Assembly (NCBI RefSeq): GCF_964355755.1
Contig: NC_092675.1
Location: forward strand, 20,494,912 to 20,558,911
Source of the DNA: Antedon mediterranea
Taxonomy: Eukaryota > Animalia > Echinodermata
Length of the DNA: 64,000 bases
Direction: 5' to 3'
The notes under the pieces were generated by a model that worked only from the letters and a program-made list of their open reading frames with translations, was not told the origin of the DNA and made no database searches. Shown here piece by piece: positions 13,389-25,136 of this stretch (the first letter of the stretch is position 1; the number at the start of each line of letters is the position of its first letter). A program made the translations under genes and the position numbers.

Positions 13389-14742
13389 ATTGCCAGGTGT
13401 ACTGTACTGGCTTTATTTTATAATTTCTGATGCTAAAAAACTTTTGTTAATTTGGTTACTACTGGGTCGCACATGTGGTATTAAATGATGCGTTAGTGCG
13501 AAATTTTACATTAGGCCGCTAAAAAGTGACTCACGATCGAACGTTTGTGATTGGTTGATTGTTTTAACACATAAATATTAAAACATAAATATTTAAAAAT
13601 ATTTATGTATTCAAGATTTAGATTGATTTGTTGGTTGTGTATGATGATGAATCATATTAATATGATTGGCAATTTTACCTGATCAATCGTTATTGTAAAA
13701 AATGTATTTGATCGGTTTGTAGCCTATAATTTATTAACCCCATAAAATTGTTCAGCGATAAATAATTCGACCTGATTTTGAAGCATGATCATAAAAACAG
13801 GACAGTTGACTTAATGAGACCATATTTATTTTCAATATTCTTTATTATACATATCATATTACAACAAATCGAGCACTTGCACTATAGAATTAATATATAA
13901 TATGTAGATTCAAACGTGTAATCCTAACATGCCAGGAGGAACAATAACATTAGTGATTGTAATGATAGTTAATAATCATGCGGTATACTCAATTTCCATA
14001 TTAATGCGCTAATCAAACCAAGTCAAGCCAAATTGCCTGCTATAATGTCATGAAATTTAAGACTTTACTAAATATAAGAGAGGTCATCTGTTAATAGGCA
14101 TACGCTTGTTACTTATTTCATATACAATATCATTTTCTTTGAATGGATGTCATCATCCTTAATTATATGTTATGAATGAATATAATATTAATAATGTAAT
14201 AAATGAGAAGGCTATACCGTTGGAATAAACGTTCAGGAGGGTTTTAGGGGAGACGTTTATTCGAAGGTGGGCGTTTAAAATGTAAATGACACAATTTCCT
14301 AATTCAAGTGTTATTGTATATTGTATATGAATGGGAAGAAGTGTAGGAAAGAGAGTTTATTTACGATGTTAATACATTTCGGGGTAGGGTACGTGTGTTT
14401 AAATAAATACATTACTTTACTCATTATTCAACATGGTTTTTAGGCAGAATTCTTGGAACGTTTCTTGTAGGGATAGCGTTTGATGTATGACGTAGACTGT
14501 AGACAGTAAACATATAGGCCTATTAGCACGCTGTCAGCTCCCACCAGCTGTTACTGACTGGAGGACAAGTAGGCTACCGAAGATTTATTTTTTAGGTTAT
14601 TGGAACATGACAAATTTACGTTGAAGGGGAATGGCCTAAAGAAGAATGGCGTAAAGAAGAATGACATGAATAGTTCATGTTATTCCACGTTCATCTATCT
14701 TTATTGATGTTTTTTTCTTTAATTCTTTCATTCGTTTCTTTG

Positions 14743-15090
14743 TAGTTCGTTTAATCGTTTATTTTCTTTATACTTTTATTACTCAAGTAGTAGTAAATCT
14801 GCGGATAGTTGGCAGATTTTTAAATTATGAAATATATGGAATATGGTTTGTTGTATCTTTTTAGTTCGTTTAATCGTTTATTTTCTTTATACTTTTATTA
14901 CTCAAGTAGTAGTAAATCTGCGGATAGTTGACAGATTTTTAAATTATGAAATATATGGAATATGGTTTGTTGTATCTTTTTAGTTCGTTTAATCGTTCAT
15001 TTTCTTTATACTTTTATTACTCAAATAGTAGTAAATCTGCGTATACGTGAAAGATTTTTAAATTATGAAATATGGAATGATTTGTTGTAT
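14743..15090. repeat. Three tandem copies of a 119-bp unit
   Basis: tagttcgtttaatcgtt starts at 14743, 14862 and 14981. Confidence 0.9.
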
Positions 15091-17650
15091 ATTAATCATA
15101 TGGCGCCACAATAGTTTATTATGCAATAATTAAGATCGTAAAATTATAACACTGATTCAATTCAACATCATCAGGTCTAGTTTTTTTTTTTCGTGTCGAA
15201 AAGGCTAGAGCGGAACACAAACTCACTTTTCTAAAAAGGTCGCCTTCCCATGAGATATTCATTTGTTTAATGTCCCTCTGGAATTATTCAGTCAACAAAC
15301 TGGAACTCATGAAACAAATAATCTTGTAGTGTCAAGTGCTCGATTTCTTCCAAATTACAATATTTATTATGTAATTGCTAAGACTAAAATAAATTTTACC
15401 ATCATTCAAGTTTATTTTATTGACGTCATCGTGGTTAAACATTAAAAATGCAACGTCACGTAGATTTCTCCGGTGACGTAACGTTATGTAAACCCAGTTT
15501 TAGTTCACGCTCAGGTCATGGATAAAACTCGAATTCCGTGAACGTATTTCATTTTTTTTTCTTTTGGTCTGGTGCGTCCGGGAGTTATTTGTGTCAGGCC
15601 CACTCGTAAGAAATTACAATCAATAAATTGAATCAGTTTAAAAATTAGAAGTACATGATCGTAATAAATATACAGTGACTGAACGTCAAAGAAGCCGACT
15701 TGTTTAATGCATAACGGGCCAAATTTCATTATAATCTCCACTCTTTCATCAATTGTGATAGAGTTGTGTTACCTTCAATCAGTCCACCATTTGCTCGAGG
15801 AAATAAGTTCATCTTTCAAGTTATTGGTTAGGAATTTTTTTCTCTTCATGGAAATACGAATCACTAGCATACCAAACACAAGCTCGTCAACAACACAGTT
15901 GCTGTGTTACTGCTGTCAAACTCCTATATCCGAAGGCAGCAACAGTAAGAAATAAACGTAAGTTATACTTACTTGTTATCGTTTATGTAACATATTAGTT
16001 TTAAAATCATATCATGGTGTGTTTAATCATGTTGTATTTTTTTAGGGTCCCTATGATCAGCTTCGGCTGGATGGACCACCCTCGTAAAATATTGAAATAA
16101 AATTAATAAAGAAATAAATGTTATTATCAACGTAGCAATACAGTGAAGTACAAACAAATGAATCAGTTTGTAAACTGTACCTTTCATTTAATTTTAACTC
16201 GATAATTTGGAGAAAATGAAATGAAATTATAAATAAGACTTTATACAAATATTGAATACTGACTTTGTTTACATAGGCATATTCACTTTGAACTTGGAGA
16301 TGAAACGTTAGGCCTAAATGCGCGCCACAATGTATAATTAGCCTTAGCTAACAGCATTTCGTAGATAGAAAGGTATCAGCTTTTTACATTGTTCAGAATG
16401 TTCAAAATTATTGTCATCAAATGATGATTGTAAATACATGATAGATTTTATATTATATAAATAGGATAAACTATTTTTTTTAATTAAAAAAATAAATATG
16501 ATTAACTATATGAAAACAATAATTGATAAATAAAGTTGAACTTCAAACTCCGAGAATGAATGTTCTATTATACCGGCCTCATTCTCACTTCTAAATCTAC
16601 TTTTGACGAAACAAAGATGGAACAAGATCATTATTTATTTAATCTAACCTCCGTGCTCTCTTCCGATTACCACACAACCGAGACAGAACACCAATCCATA
16701 ATCAAATCAACCCCCTTATTCTTACCTCCCGCTTATGTCATCGTAAAAACAAATGTATAGTTTATATTAGGTTTTGTAAAACCAAAATATTACACCAATT
16801 AAATAATACTAATAAAAATAATTGAAAAAACATAATAAAAGTGATCTTTAATTGATGACGTTATCCTTACATTTAAGCGTACAGTATACAATAGTTACAG
16901 TGTATTATATTTTAAATTAACATAATATAATTTTGTTACGACTATTATAAAGTGCTAAGTAAGATGCTTTTTATCCATAAAATGGAGATTTTCCATAACT
17001 AGTAGGCTAATGGGAACGAGTACGTTTTATCATGCATAATGATTCAAACGTCTTTTCCACTAATGGGTTCTGCTATACCCGTCACAGTTATTGCGATTGT
17101 ATTTATGTTAAGAATAATAAGAAGTAGATGATTTGCAGGATTGAAAATGACAACAATTTAATGTAGTCACGTCTACTCTGAAATTAAATTAAGTTCACAA
17201 AGTGTTTGCAGAATTGTAATAGACAATACTCACATCTAATAAAATACAATTTAGTTAAAGTCAGGAATATATTAAAATATATGTAGATTGTACAATAATG
17301 CATTGATACGTTTTACAAGATGTAAAAACAAAAATGTGAAACACAGAGGAATAAAGCTATGAAGGACCATTTTTGTTAACTTACTGGCCTGATAAAGTAG
17401 CCAAAGTTTCTAAATAATATAAATATATAAATGAGCACAGTTTAAATTGTGTTTATGGGATTCTTTTGCTCTCTGATGTTATTTTTTTCATTCGGCAATA
17501 TTATTTGATAATTTATGTGTGTATTCAGCCTGAATATTTAGTTATGGATTTCAGTTCATTCAATCATCAATAATTCATCCACCAAGCACATTTTGTTTCT
17601 AATTTAAAAGATTATTGAACTATGTTTAAATATGAGATAATGTAGTTTAA

Positions 17651-19436
17651 TTTTGTTGTCAATTTTACCTGGAGTTGGTCCTAGACTTTGTAAGCTGTGT
17701 TGGATTTTGTTGTCAGTTTTACCTGGAGTTGGTCCTAGACTTTGTAAGCTGTGTTGGATTTTGTTGTCAATTTTACCTGGAGTTGGTCCTAGACTTTGTA
17801 AGCTGTGTTGGATTTTGTTGTCAGTTTTACCTGGAGTTGGTCCTAGACTTTGTAAGCTGTGTTGGATTTTGTTGTCAATTTTACCTGGAGTTGGTCCTAG
17901 ACTTTGTAAGCTGTGTTGGATTTTGTTGTCAGTTTTACCTGGAGTTGGTCCTAGACTTTGTAAGCTGTGTTGGATTTTGTTGTCAGTTTTACCTGGAGTT
18001 GGTCCTAGACTTTGTAAGCTGTGTTGGATTTTGTTGTCAGTTTTACCTGGAGTTGGTCCTAGACTTTGTAAGCTGTGTTGGATTTTTTTGTCAGTTTTAC
18101 CTGGAGTTGGTCCTAGACTTTGTAAGCTGTGTTGGATTTTTTTGTCAGTTTTACCTGGAGTTGGTCCTAGACTTTGTAAGCTGTGTTGGATTTTTTTGTC
18201 AGTTTTACCTGGAGTTGGTCCTAGACTTTGTAAGCTGTGTTGGATTTTGTTGTCAGTTTTACCTGGAGTTGGTCCTAGACTTTGTAAGCTGTGTTGGATT
18301 TTTTTGTCAGTTTTACCTGGAGTTGGTCCTAGACTTTGTAAGCTGTGTTGGATTTTGTTGTCAGTTTTACCTGGAGTTGGTCCTAGACTTTGTAAGCTGT
18401 GTTGGATTTTGTTGTCAGTTTTACCTGGAGTTGGTCCTAGACTTTGTAAGCTGTGTTGGATTTTGTTGTCAGTTTTACCTGGAGTTGGTCCTAGACTTTG
18501 TAAGCTGTGTTGGATTTTGTTGTCAGTTTTACCTGGAGTTGGTCCTAGACTTTGTAAGCTGTGTTGGATTTTGTTGTCAGTTTTACCTGGAGTTGGTCCT
18601 AGACTTTGTAAGCTGTGTTGGATTTTTTTGTCAGTTTTACCTGGAGTTGGTCCTAGACTTTGTAAGCTGTGTTGGATTTTTTTGTCAGTTTTACCTGGAG
18701 TTGGTCCTAGACTTTGTAAGCTGTGTTGGATTTTTTTGTCAGTTTTACCTGGAGTTGGTCCTAGACTTTGTAAGCTGTGTTGGATTTTGTTGTCAGTTTT
18801 ACCTGGAGTTGGTCCTAGACTTTGTAAGCTGTGTTAGATTTTTTTGTCAGTTTTACCTGGAGTTGGTCCTAGACTTTGTAAGCTGTGTTGGATTTTGTTG
18901 TCAGTTTTACCTGGAGTTGGTCCTAGACTTTGTAAGCTGTGTTGGATTTTTTTGTCAGTTTTACCTGGAGTTGGTCCTAGACTTTGTAAGCTGTGTTGGA
19001 TTTTGTTGTCAGTTTTACCTGGAGTTGGTCCTAGACTTTGTAAGCTGTGTTGGATTTTGTTGTCAGTTTTACCTGGAGTTGGTCCTAGACTTTGTAAGCT
19101 GTGTTGGATTTTGTTGTCAGTTTTACCTGGAGTTGGTCCTAGACTTTGTAAGCTGTGTTGGATTTTGTTGTCAGTTTTACCTGGAGTTGGTCCTAGACTT
19201 TGTAAGCTGTGTTGGATTTTGTTGTCAGTTTTACCTGGAGTTGGTCCTAGACTTTGTAAGCTGTGTTGGATTTTGTTGTCAGTTTTACCTGGAGTTGGAC
19301 CTAGACTTTGTAAGCTGTGTTGGATTTTGTTGTCAGTTTTACCTGGAGTTGGTCCTAGACTTTGTAAGCTGTGTTGGATTTTGTTGTCAGTTTTACCTGG
19401 AGTTGGTCCTAGAATTTGTAAGCTGTGTTGGATTTG
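17651..19436. repeat. 54-bp satellite, about 33 highly homogeneous copies
   Basis: Unit ttttgttgtcagttttacctggagttggtcctagactttgtaagctgtgttgga with few variants; explains the 394, 620 and 206 aa repetitive ORFs. Confidence 0.97.
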
Positions 19437-19761
19437 TTTGCATCACTATTATTGTTTACATTAGGCCTAAAGAAATTTATTGTAGTTTTTTTGTTTTGTT
19501 GTGTTTTATTCATTTACTGAAAAGTTATTGTTTTTAAATTGCAAGTATTATTTTCTGTTGGCACTTTCAGCATAAGCTTTACTTTTTTAGACCGGTGCTC
19601 TCCTCCTCCATGTTGTATATTGTAAGATATGTATTTTGTTTATGAATGATGGAAATAAATGTTATTTTGATTGAATGTTTTGTTATTTTGACAAATACAA
19701 TGATTCTAATTGATTGATTAGTTGATTTAAAAAGAGAACTACAATTTGTTTTTTTTTATAG

Positions 19762-20871
19762 ATGGAGACTACATTCTGGAATTCATCAGGATACGGAGCA
19801 AATGATGTTCTAACTACCGAGGCAACAACAGTGTGTGAAACGGTTTATCACGACCAACTAAATTATTACATGTATTCAAGTCTGGACCGCTGGTTTCTAT
19901 TTTGTTTCTTGCCAACAGTCGTCGCCATTGGTATAATTGGTAATATCATTATAATTACTCTTATCACAAAAGACAAAACTCTCCGCACATCCCCAAACAT
20001 GTATCTACTAGCTCTAGCCGTATCGGACATTATTTATCTCTTGTCGGAAAATCTACGAGGCTGGGTCCAGTATGCCACTAGCCCTGTTCAAGCCGATTCA
20101 TCGGGTATACCTTTTGGTGTACTCAAATTGTTCTTGTTTACACGTAGCTCGAGTATTTTAGCATCGTGTTTTATCATAATAGCTGTAAGCTTTGATCGTT
20201 ATTTTTGCATTTGCAAGCCCATGAGATCTTTGACATCCACAAAGAAAACAGCAATTAAGGTATGCATCGCTATATGGCTGCTGACGTCTTTATACAGTAG
20301 TCGTATGTTCTTTACTGCTCATCTGGAGAAAAAGTGCATAATATGGCCCGAAAGCGATGGCATAGACTTTCCGGAATATGTAATGTATCTGTATTCATGT
20401 GATCCAACAAGAGGATCATGCGTGACATTGTTTGTAACTGAGCAGCTACTGGTTCTTATAGTTATTCCAATATCAATCACTCTACACATACTTATGATCA
20501 TGGAACTGCGACGTGTTGGCCAAGATCACATCTCAGAAGATTCCGCACGCGCAGCGCACGAAGCAAAAGCCCGTATGATAAAGATCTTGATGACAATCGT
20601 GGTGATATATGCGTTCTGTATGGCACCATATCGGCTGTTAAACCTATTTCAACATTTTCTAGATCTAAAATTGCCAAGTAATTTTTGGATTATATATTAT
20701 ATCAATCGAATTCTAGCCAGTTTAAACAGTTCTGTAAACCCGATTGTTTATGGATTAATAAGCAAGAAGTTTAGACACGCAATAAAGAATATCTGCTTCC
20801 CACCGCAAAGTTTGGTGGCAACAAGATCTAAAAGACGGTCACACAATGCAACGGTTTGCAGCAAGATTTAA
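19762..20871 (+). CDS. Rhodopsin-class (class A) GPCR, peptide-receptor-like orphan, 369 aa, single coding exon
   Basis: Seven hydrophobic segments; GN in TM1, LAVSD in TM2, FDRY, TM4 W, FCMAPY in TM6, NSSVNPIVY in TM7; N-glycosylation sequon NSS. Polypyrimidine tract plus AG directly before the ATG implies an upstream 5'UTR exon. Confidence 0.92.
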   Translation: METTFWNSSGYGANDVLTTEATTVCETVYHDQLNYYMYSSLDRWFLFCFLPTVVAIGIIGNIIIITLITKDKTLRTSPNMYLLALAVSDIIYLLSENLRGWVQYATSPVQADSSGIPFGVLKLFLFTRSSSILASCFIIIAVSFDRYFCICKPMRSLTSTKKTAIKVCIAIWLLTSLYSSRMFFTAHLEKKCIIWPESDGIDFPEYVMYLYSCDPTRGSCVTLFVTEQLLVLIVIPISITLHILMIMELRRVGQDHISEDSARAAHEAKARMIKILMTIVVIYAFCMAPYRLLNLFQHFLDLKLPSNFWIIYYINRILASLNSSVNPIVYGLISKKFRHAIKNICFPPQSLVATRSKRRSHNATVCSKI

Positions 20872-21272
20872 ATAATAAAAAGTCGTCCAGAATTGAGATC
20901 CCTGGTCCGGATTGCGTCCAGTTGGTTTTGCGTGATCATCATGTGTGGTAAAGATCTGTTAGAATAGTTTTCAAATTGTAAAGAAAACAACATTTTTTAT
21001 TTTTTAGTATTTAGAGGTACAGCATTATACTTTTTAAGTTACGTTTCTTATTAATTTCAAAATAATTTTCGGGAAAAACAAGAGGATGTAAAGTTCAGTT
21101 TTTCTTCTATTACTGTACGGTACTTTCACCATTTAGTTGTGTAGTATGATTTATAATTGTTATATACTGTATACGTGTTGCATTCTGGACATTAAACTCT
21201 TACCATCATTCAATGTTTATAATTTATATGTCTTCCATGTGATTTATTTTAAATTTACTGTCACTTATCTTA

Positions 21273-21330
21273 AGCTCTGTCTACACTACGTTGACATAAA
21301 AGTGTGATGTGCCCAAATATGGTACTGATA

Positions 21331-21365
<35 letters not shown>

Positions 21366-21739
21366 ACATTAGGCCGGCAATGAACATTAATTCGAAACCG
21401 CCCGGTGATATACTGAAATTTAATTAATTAATTTGAAACGATAAAGATGAGGAAATCTGTGAGAATGAGAAAAAGTCGCCCCAACCGAGACTCGAACTCG
21501 GACCGCCTGCTTGATATGCAGATGTCCTAACCATTAGACCACGGTATTGTTCAAACTCGATTGGATAGCGACTCTTTAACATTCTCGGCGTGGTACGGCG
21601 GAACAGCACTAGTCCTCAGTTGTACGCACGCGCACCAGAGATCAAATTGATACGCCCTCATCTTTCAGTATTTTTATTCACGAGGCTGGATCTCCGAAGA
21701 GATATATATATTTGTCAGTTTAAGAGTGTAGACAGGGCT
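21273..21739. mobile_element. Harbinger-like MITE interrupted by a (TA)n-flanked element (about 21334-21711)
   Basis: Left end agctctgtctacact, right end gtgtagacagggct; about 340-bp insert bounded by TA runs. Confidence 0.7.
21477..21548 (-). pseudogene. tRNA-derived (Asp-like) Pol III cassette inside the nested element
   Basis: A box TGGTCTAATGG; anticodon arm TCTGC-ATATCAA-GCAGG; T arm CCGAG-TTCGAGT-CTCGG; followed by TTTTT; acceptor stem does not pair. Confidence 0.65.
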
Positions 21740-22134
21740 TTAGAATACATCAAACTATATTTGGATTCGATATAATTCTGCAATGGGAAACAGGGGCGGA
21801 CCCAGGCAACACCCTTAATTTCAAAATAAATGTTTTTTTTCTGCCACTAAATTAAAATGTTGATCCTATTTCATTGTATACTGTAATCAGTCATCGTGGA
21901 AGATTCTGTATTCATGATACTGCGAATCGCTCTACTAACACTACAGACGACTTACAAGTTCTGCAAATGAATAATAAGACACTAGGTGTTAAATATATAT
22001 TGTAATGAATGAAATGATTTACAAATTATAAGCATGCGTTTCATTTTATTTTAAAGAAAGTCTTGTAATTTATTTATAAAATTGATTTATTTGTAACAGC
22101 AGCAAAATAATTAATAATAGAGTAAGAGCATTTT

Positions 22135-22528
22135 TTAAACAAGCATGGCTATTGCTTTCCCCAGGTACATACATTTTTTGTCTATCTTATTCTTCTTTCT
22201 TTCCCGGAATTTTATTGGCAACGTATCTCTAATTCTGGTCAACATATGATTGTATAACTTTGTCATAAGATTGACCTGTAGCTGTAGATGTGCAAGAAAC
22301 TTCGTTATATGACGTTGATTTATACCATTTGCGCGCGTTTTAGTTGAAAAAGTTAGAAATATTGTCAAAATAATGCCAATTTTGAATCTATTATAGCTCC
22401 TCAGTTTTCTGGAAGCATGTCATAGGATGGCATAATAATTGTCGACGTTTATAATAGTTTAACGTATGTGCATGTTGCATTTCCGCGGATAACCCGAACT
22501 CGTCAAAGTGACGAGTTTAAATCTAGTT
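22135..22528. mobile_element. Helitron/Helentron-type element or composite remnant (second copy 27847-28240)
   Basis: Left end read on the minus strand is gtacctggggaa-agcaatagccatgct-tgttt, like the HINE 3' end at 25186-25216; right end has hairpin aactcgtc-aaagt-gacgagtt then CTAGT. Confidence 0.5.
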
Positions 22529-24024
22529 ATTGTTATTATTTAAAATATTAAACTACTACTATAAACGGTAGATCTTTGTAGTAATGATAGTGTTAAATTA
22601 ACAAGTTATAGGCCTAGGTTATTCATAGAAATACATTGTACTAATATTAATAAAAACTAATATTTCATTTTAATAGTAAGTTAATCTATTATAATAGTTG
22701 AGACGATTTTGAAATTATAACACTTCTAGATGGTCGATTGGTTGGTTGGAAACTGAGGTACTAGCCTATTAAAGGGTGACATTTTCACCATAGGCCTATT
22801 TTGAGTAAAAGCGTCACAACATAGCGCTTCGCGCAAGACGTGATCGTTTGTGCACATGGCGGAAAAAGGTGCTTGTCCAGGGCCGTCGACAGGACCTGTG
22901 GCGAAGCGAACCTTGTTAAATGACGCCCAAGATGCCCGGAAATGGTACCGTACTCTCGCGCACATAAAATTCATGATAAATAGCACCTCTAATTTGAAGG
23001 AAAATACACTCTCAAATGTAGCATGCTACCAATGAGCAAAACGATCATACCTTTTCCCTCTAATCACGTGACTAATTACAGAATGATATATAACATTTTG
23101 TTGCCGATTTCATTCACTTCAGTATTTAACAATTGCGTTGCGGTCAGTTCAATGCGAACGTACATTTAGGGGAAGCCCCGAAAAAAGAGCAAATTTTAAT
23201 GCTTTTTATAGCTCAATATTTATTTACATCAATTTGTAGAAGAAATTAAATATATAGAAAAAAATCGATTGCTATAATGTATATACTACATCACACAGTT
23301 ACCAGTTAGTGTACTATATTATTATTAACATATTTATTTATTTATTCTCATATTAGGCAAATTGCCAAGGATAACCAAAAGTGAATTTATTCACTATCCT
23401 TCTCAAAGGTGGCAATCCCATTCACATGACAAACATATACACAAGATGCTCTAAATAAACAAAGACTTAATATTCTTTGGGAGTGGAGTTGTTAATTTTC
23501 ATGAGAAAAAAACCCTGACATATGACATGACTTGAACCCAGGAGCCTTAGATTTGTAGCCAAGCATCATAACCACAGCTCCACTTCTATCATAACCACCA
23601 AGCCACAGCTCCACTTCTAAAATGTCCAGGGGATTCAATCATTTTAGGCATACCAGCTAAAATACCACGATTCTATATTCTCATCTTTCATTCTGTTACA
23701 TATACACCACCTAAATAAATACATTCAAATGTTACAGATACTTAAATGTGCTATTGGTTATGTTTGCATGTAAATTTTCTGGTGCATCCAGCAAAAAGAT
23801 TTTGCTTCGGCCGATTTTCATTTAAGAAAAGAATAAAAAGTCCTCTTTGATAATATATACAGTAACTTGATGAGTTTGTAAGATAGTTCCATCAAAACGT
23901 ATTCATGAAAAGACAAGACAGATAAAATAAATGCCATATCTGTAAGCAAGGTAAGACTCAACGTTAAAGTAACAACTAGTCTGTGGTCACTTGGTATTAC
24001 CTTCTTGGGTATAGGTTCCAGTAC

Positions 24025-24420
24025 ATGAAAAGAAAAAATAATTATAAAGTGTAAACAAAATACATATTTGCATGGTTAAAATTTCACAAGCTAGACTCGA
24101 ATTTAACTGTGGCTGGTGGTTGCACCTGAAATATTACAACACCATCTTAAAATTATTGGTGATGAGTTGTTTCCCGTAGATGAAAAGAAAAAAATATATA
24201 AAGTATAAACAAAATACATAATTGTATTGTTGAAATGTCACAATCTAGACTTGAATTTAACTGTGACTGGTTGTTTTACCTGAAATATTAAAACCCCATC
24301 TTTAAATTCTTGGTTATGAATTTGCGAATTCATAAAAAGAAAAAAAGAATTTCAAAGTATAAACAAAACAAGCATTTATATATTTGTAAAACGTTTAATT
24401 TAATTTTAAAAGCTAAAATG
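24025..24420. repeat. About 2.5 diverged tandem copies of a roughly 153-bp unit (also at +5712)
   Basis: atgaaaagaaaaa...taaagtrtaaacaaaatacat...ctagactygaatttaactgtg repeated. Confidence 0.7.
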
Positions 24421-24784
24421 GAATTTTCAAACATCAACCGTCAGTGGTTGTATTTACCTAAAATGTAATGTAAAACGCATAGGCTAATTCAACTAGCATT
24501 TGTAGGCTATATTTTTACTCGGGGTACCCGAGTCTAGTACTTACTCATTTTCTCCTTCTCTTCCTCCATCTGGACACTATTGAGTAAAAAGTGCGATTTT
24601 TAAAGTACTACTCCTCCCTTATTCGTTATAGTATTGAGCTGGGATTTGGCATGAACATACTACAGGGACATGTCCTCAAAGCTATAGAGCCGGATTTTTA
24701 ATTTTTTGTTAATTAATTTGTTTAATTAAGAAGCCACAATGTGTGACACACACCACAGCGTTATGTAGTTATATGGTTATATGC

Positions 24785-24852
24785 GGATTCTTGGCGTAGT
24801 GGTTATCACGTTTGCTAAACACGCAGAAGGTACCTGGTTCGAGGACGAAACC
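24785..24852 (+). pseudogene. tRNA-Val(AAC)-derived pseudogene, T-arm deletion
   Basis: gtagtggttatcacgtttgc-taaacac-gcagaaggt...ggttcga; followed by a T run. Confidence 0.7.
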
Positions 24853-25064
24853 TTTTTTTTAAACTTTATGGTGAAAAGTACTGTATACGCAATATGATAA
24901 TTATACAGAGTATATCTTATTTTTATTATTTTTTAAAATACTTATTTTGTGTAATCGGTAATTATCACTTTTACACATGTTTATTTTGCTTTGTGCTTAT
25001 TACCATTTATTTGTAATTTAAATGGATTAAAAAACTTTCTGTAACCCACATTTTTAATGTAAGA

Positions 25065-25136
25065 GGTTTCGTAGTGTAGTGGTTGTCAAGTCTGCTTAAC
25101 ACGCAGAAGGTCCCGGTTTGAGCCCTGGCGAAACCT
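25065..25136 (+). pseudogene. tRNA-Val(AAC)-like, probably pseudogene
   Basis: Acceptor GGTTTCG/CGAAACC and anticodon arm TCTGC-TTAACAC-GCAGA are perfect; D arm is mismatched and the T loop is TTTGAGC instead of TTCGA. Confidence 0.75.

Noticed and set aside
17653-19537. ORFs of 394, 620 and 206 aa
   Set aside because: Translations of a 54-bp satellite, open in several frames only because the unit is a multiple of 3; no ATG starts, and one frame is broken by a TAG
21370-21410. Possible Penelope-type hammerhead ribozyme near cgaaac
   Set aside because: No CUGANGA core correctly placed on either strand
22726-23035. CpG-rich segment with 86 and 61 aa ORFs
   Set aside because: No recognisable domain or splice structure; more likely a transposon interior (ttaaaggg start near 22769) with no matching other end found
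25065-25136. Functional tRNA-Val gene
   Set aside because: B box TTCGA is mutated to TTTGA, the D and T stems are disrupted, and it lies in a transposon; called pseudogene pending tRNAscan-SE
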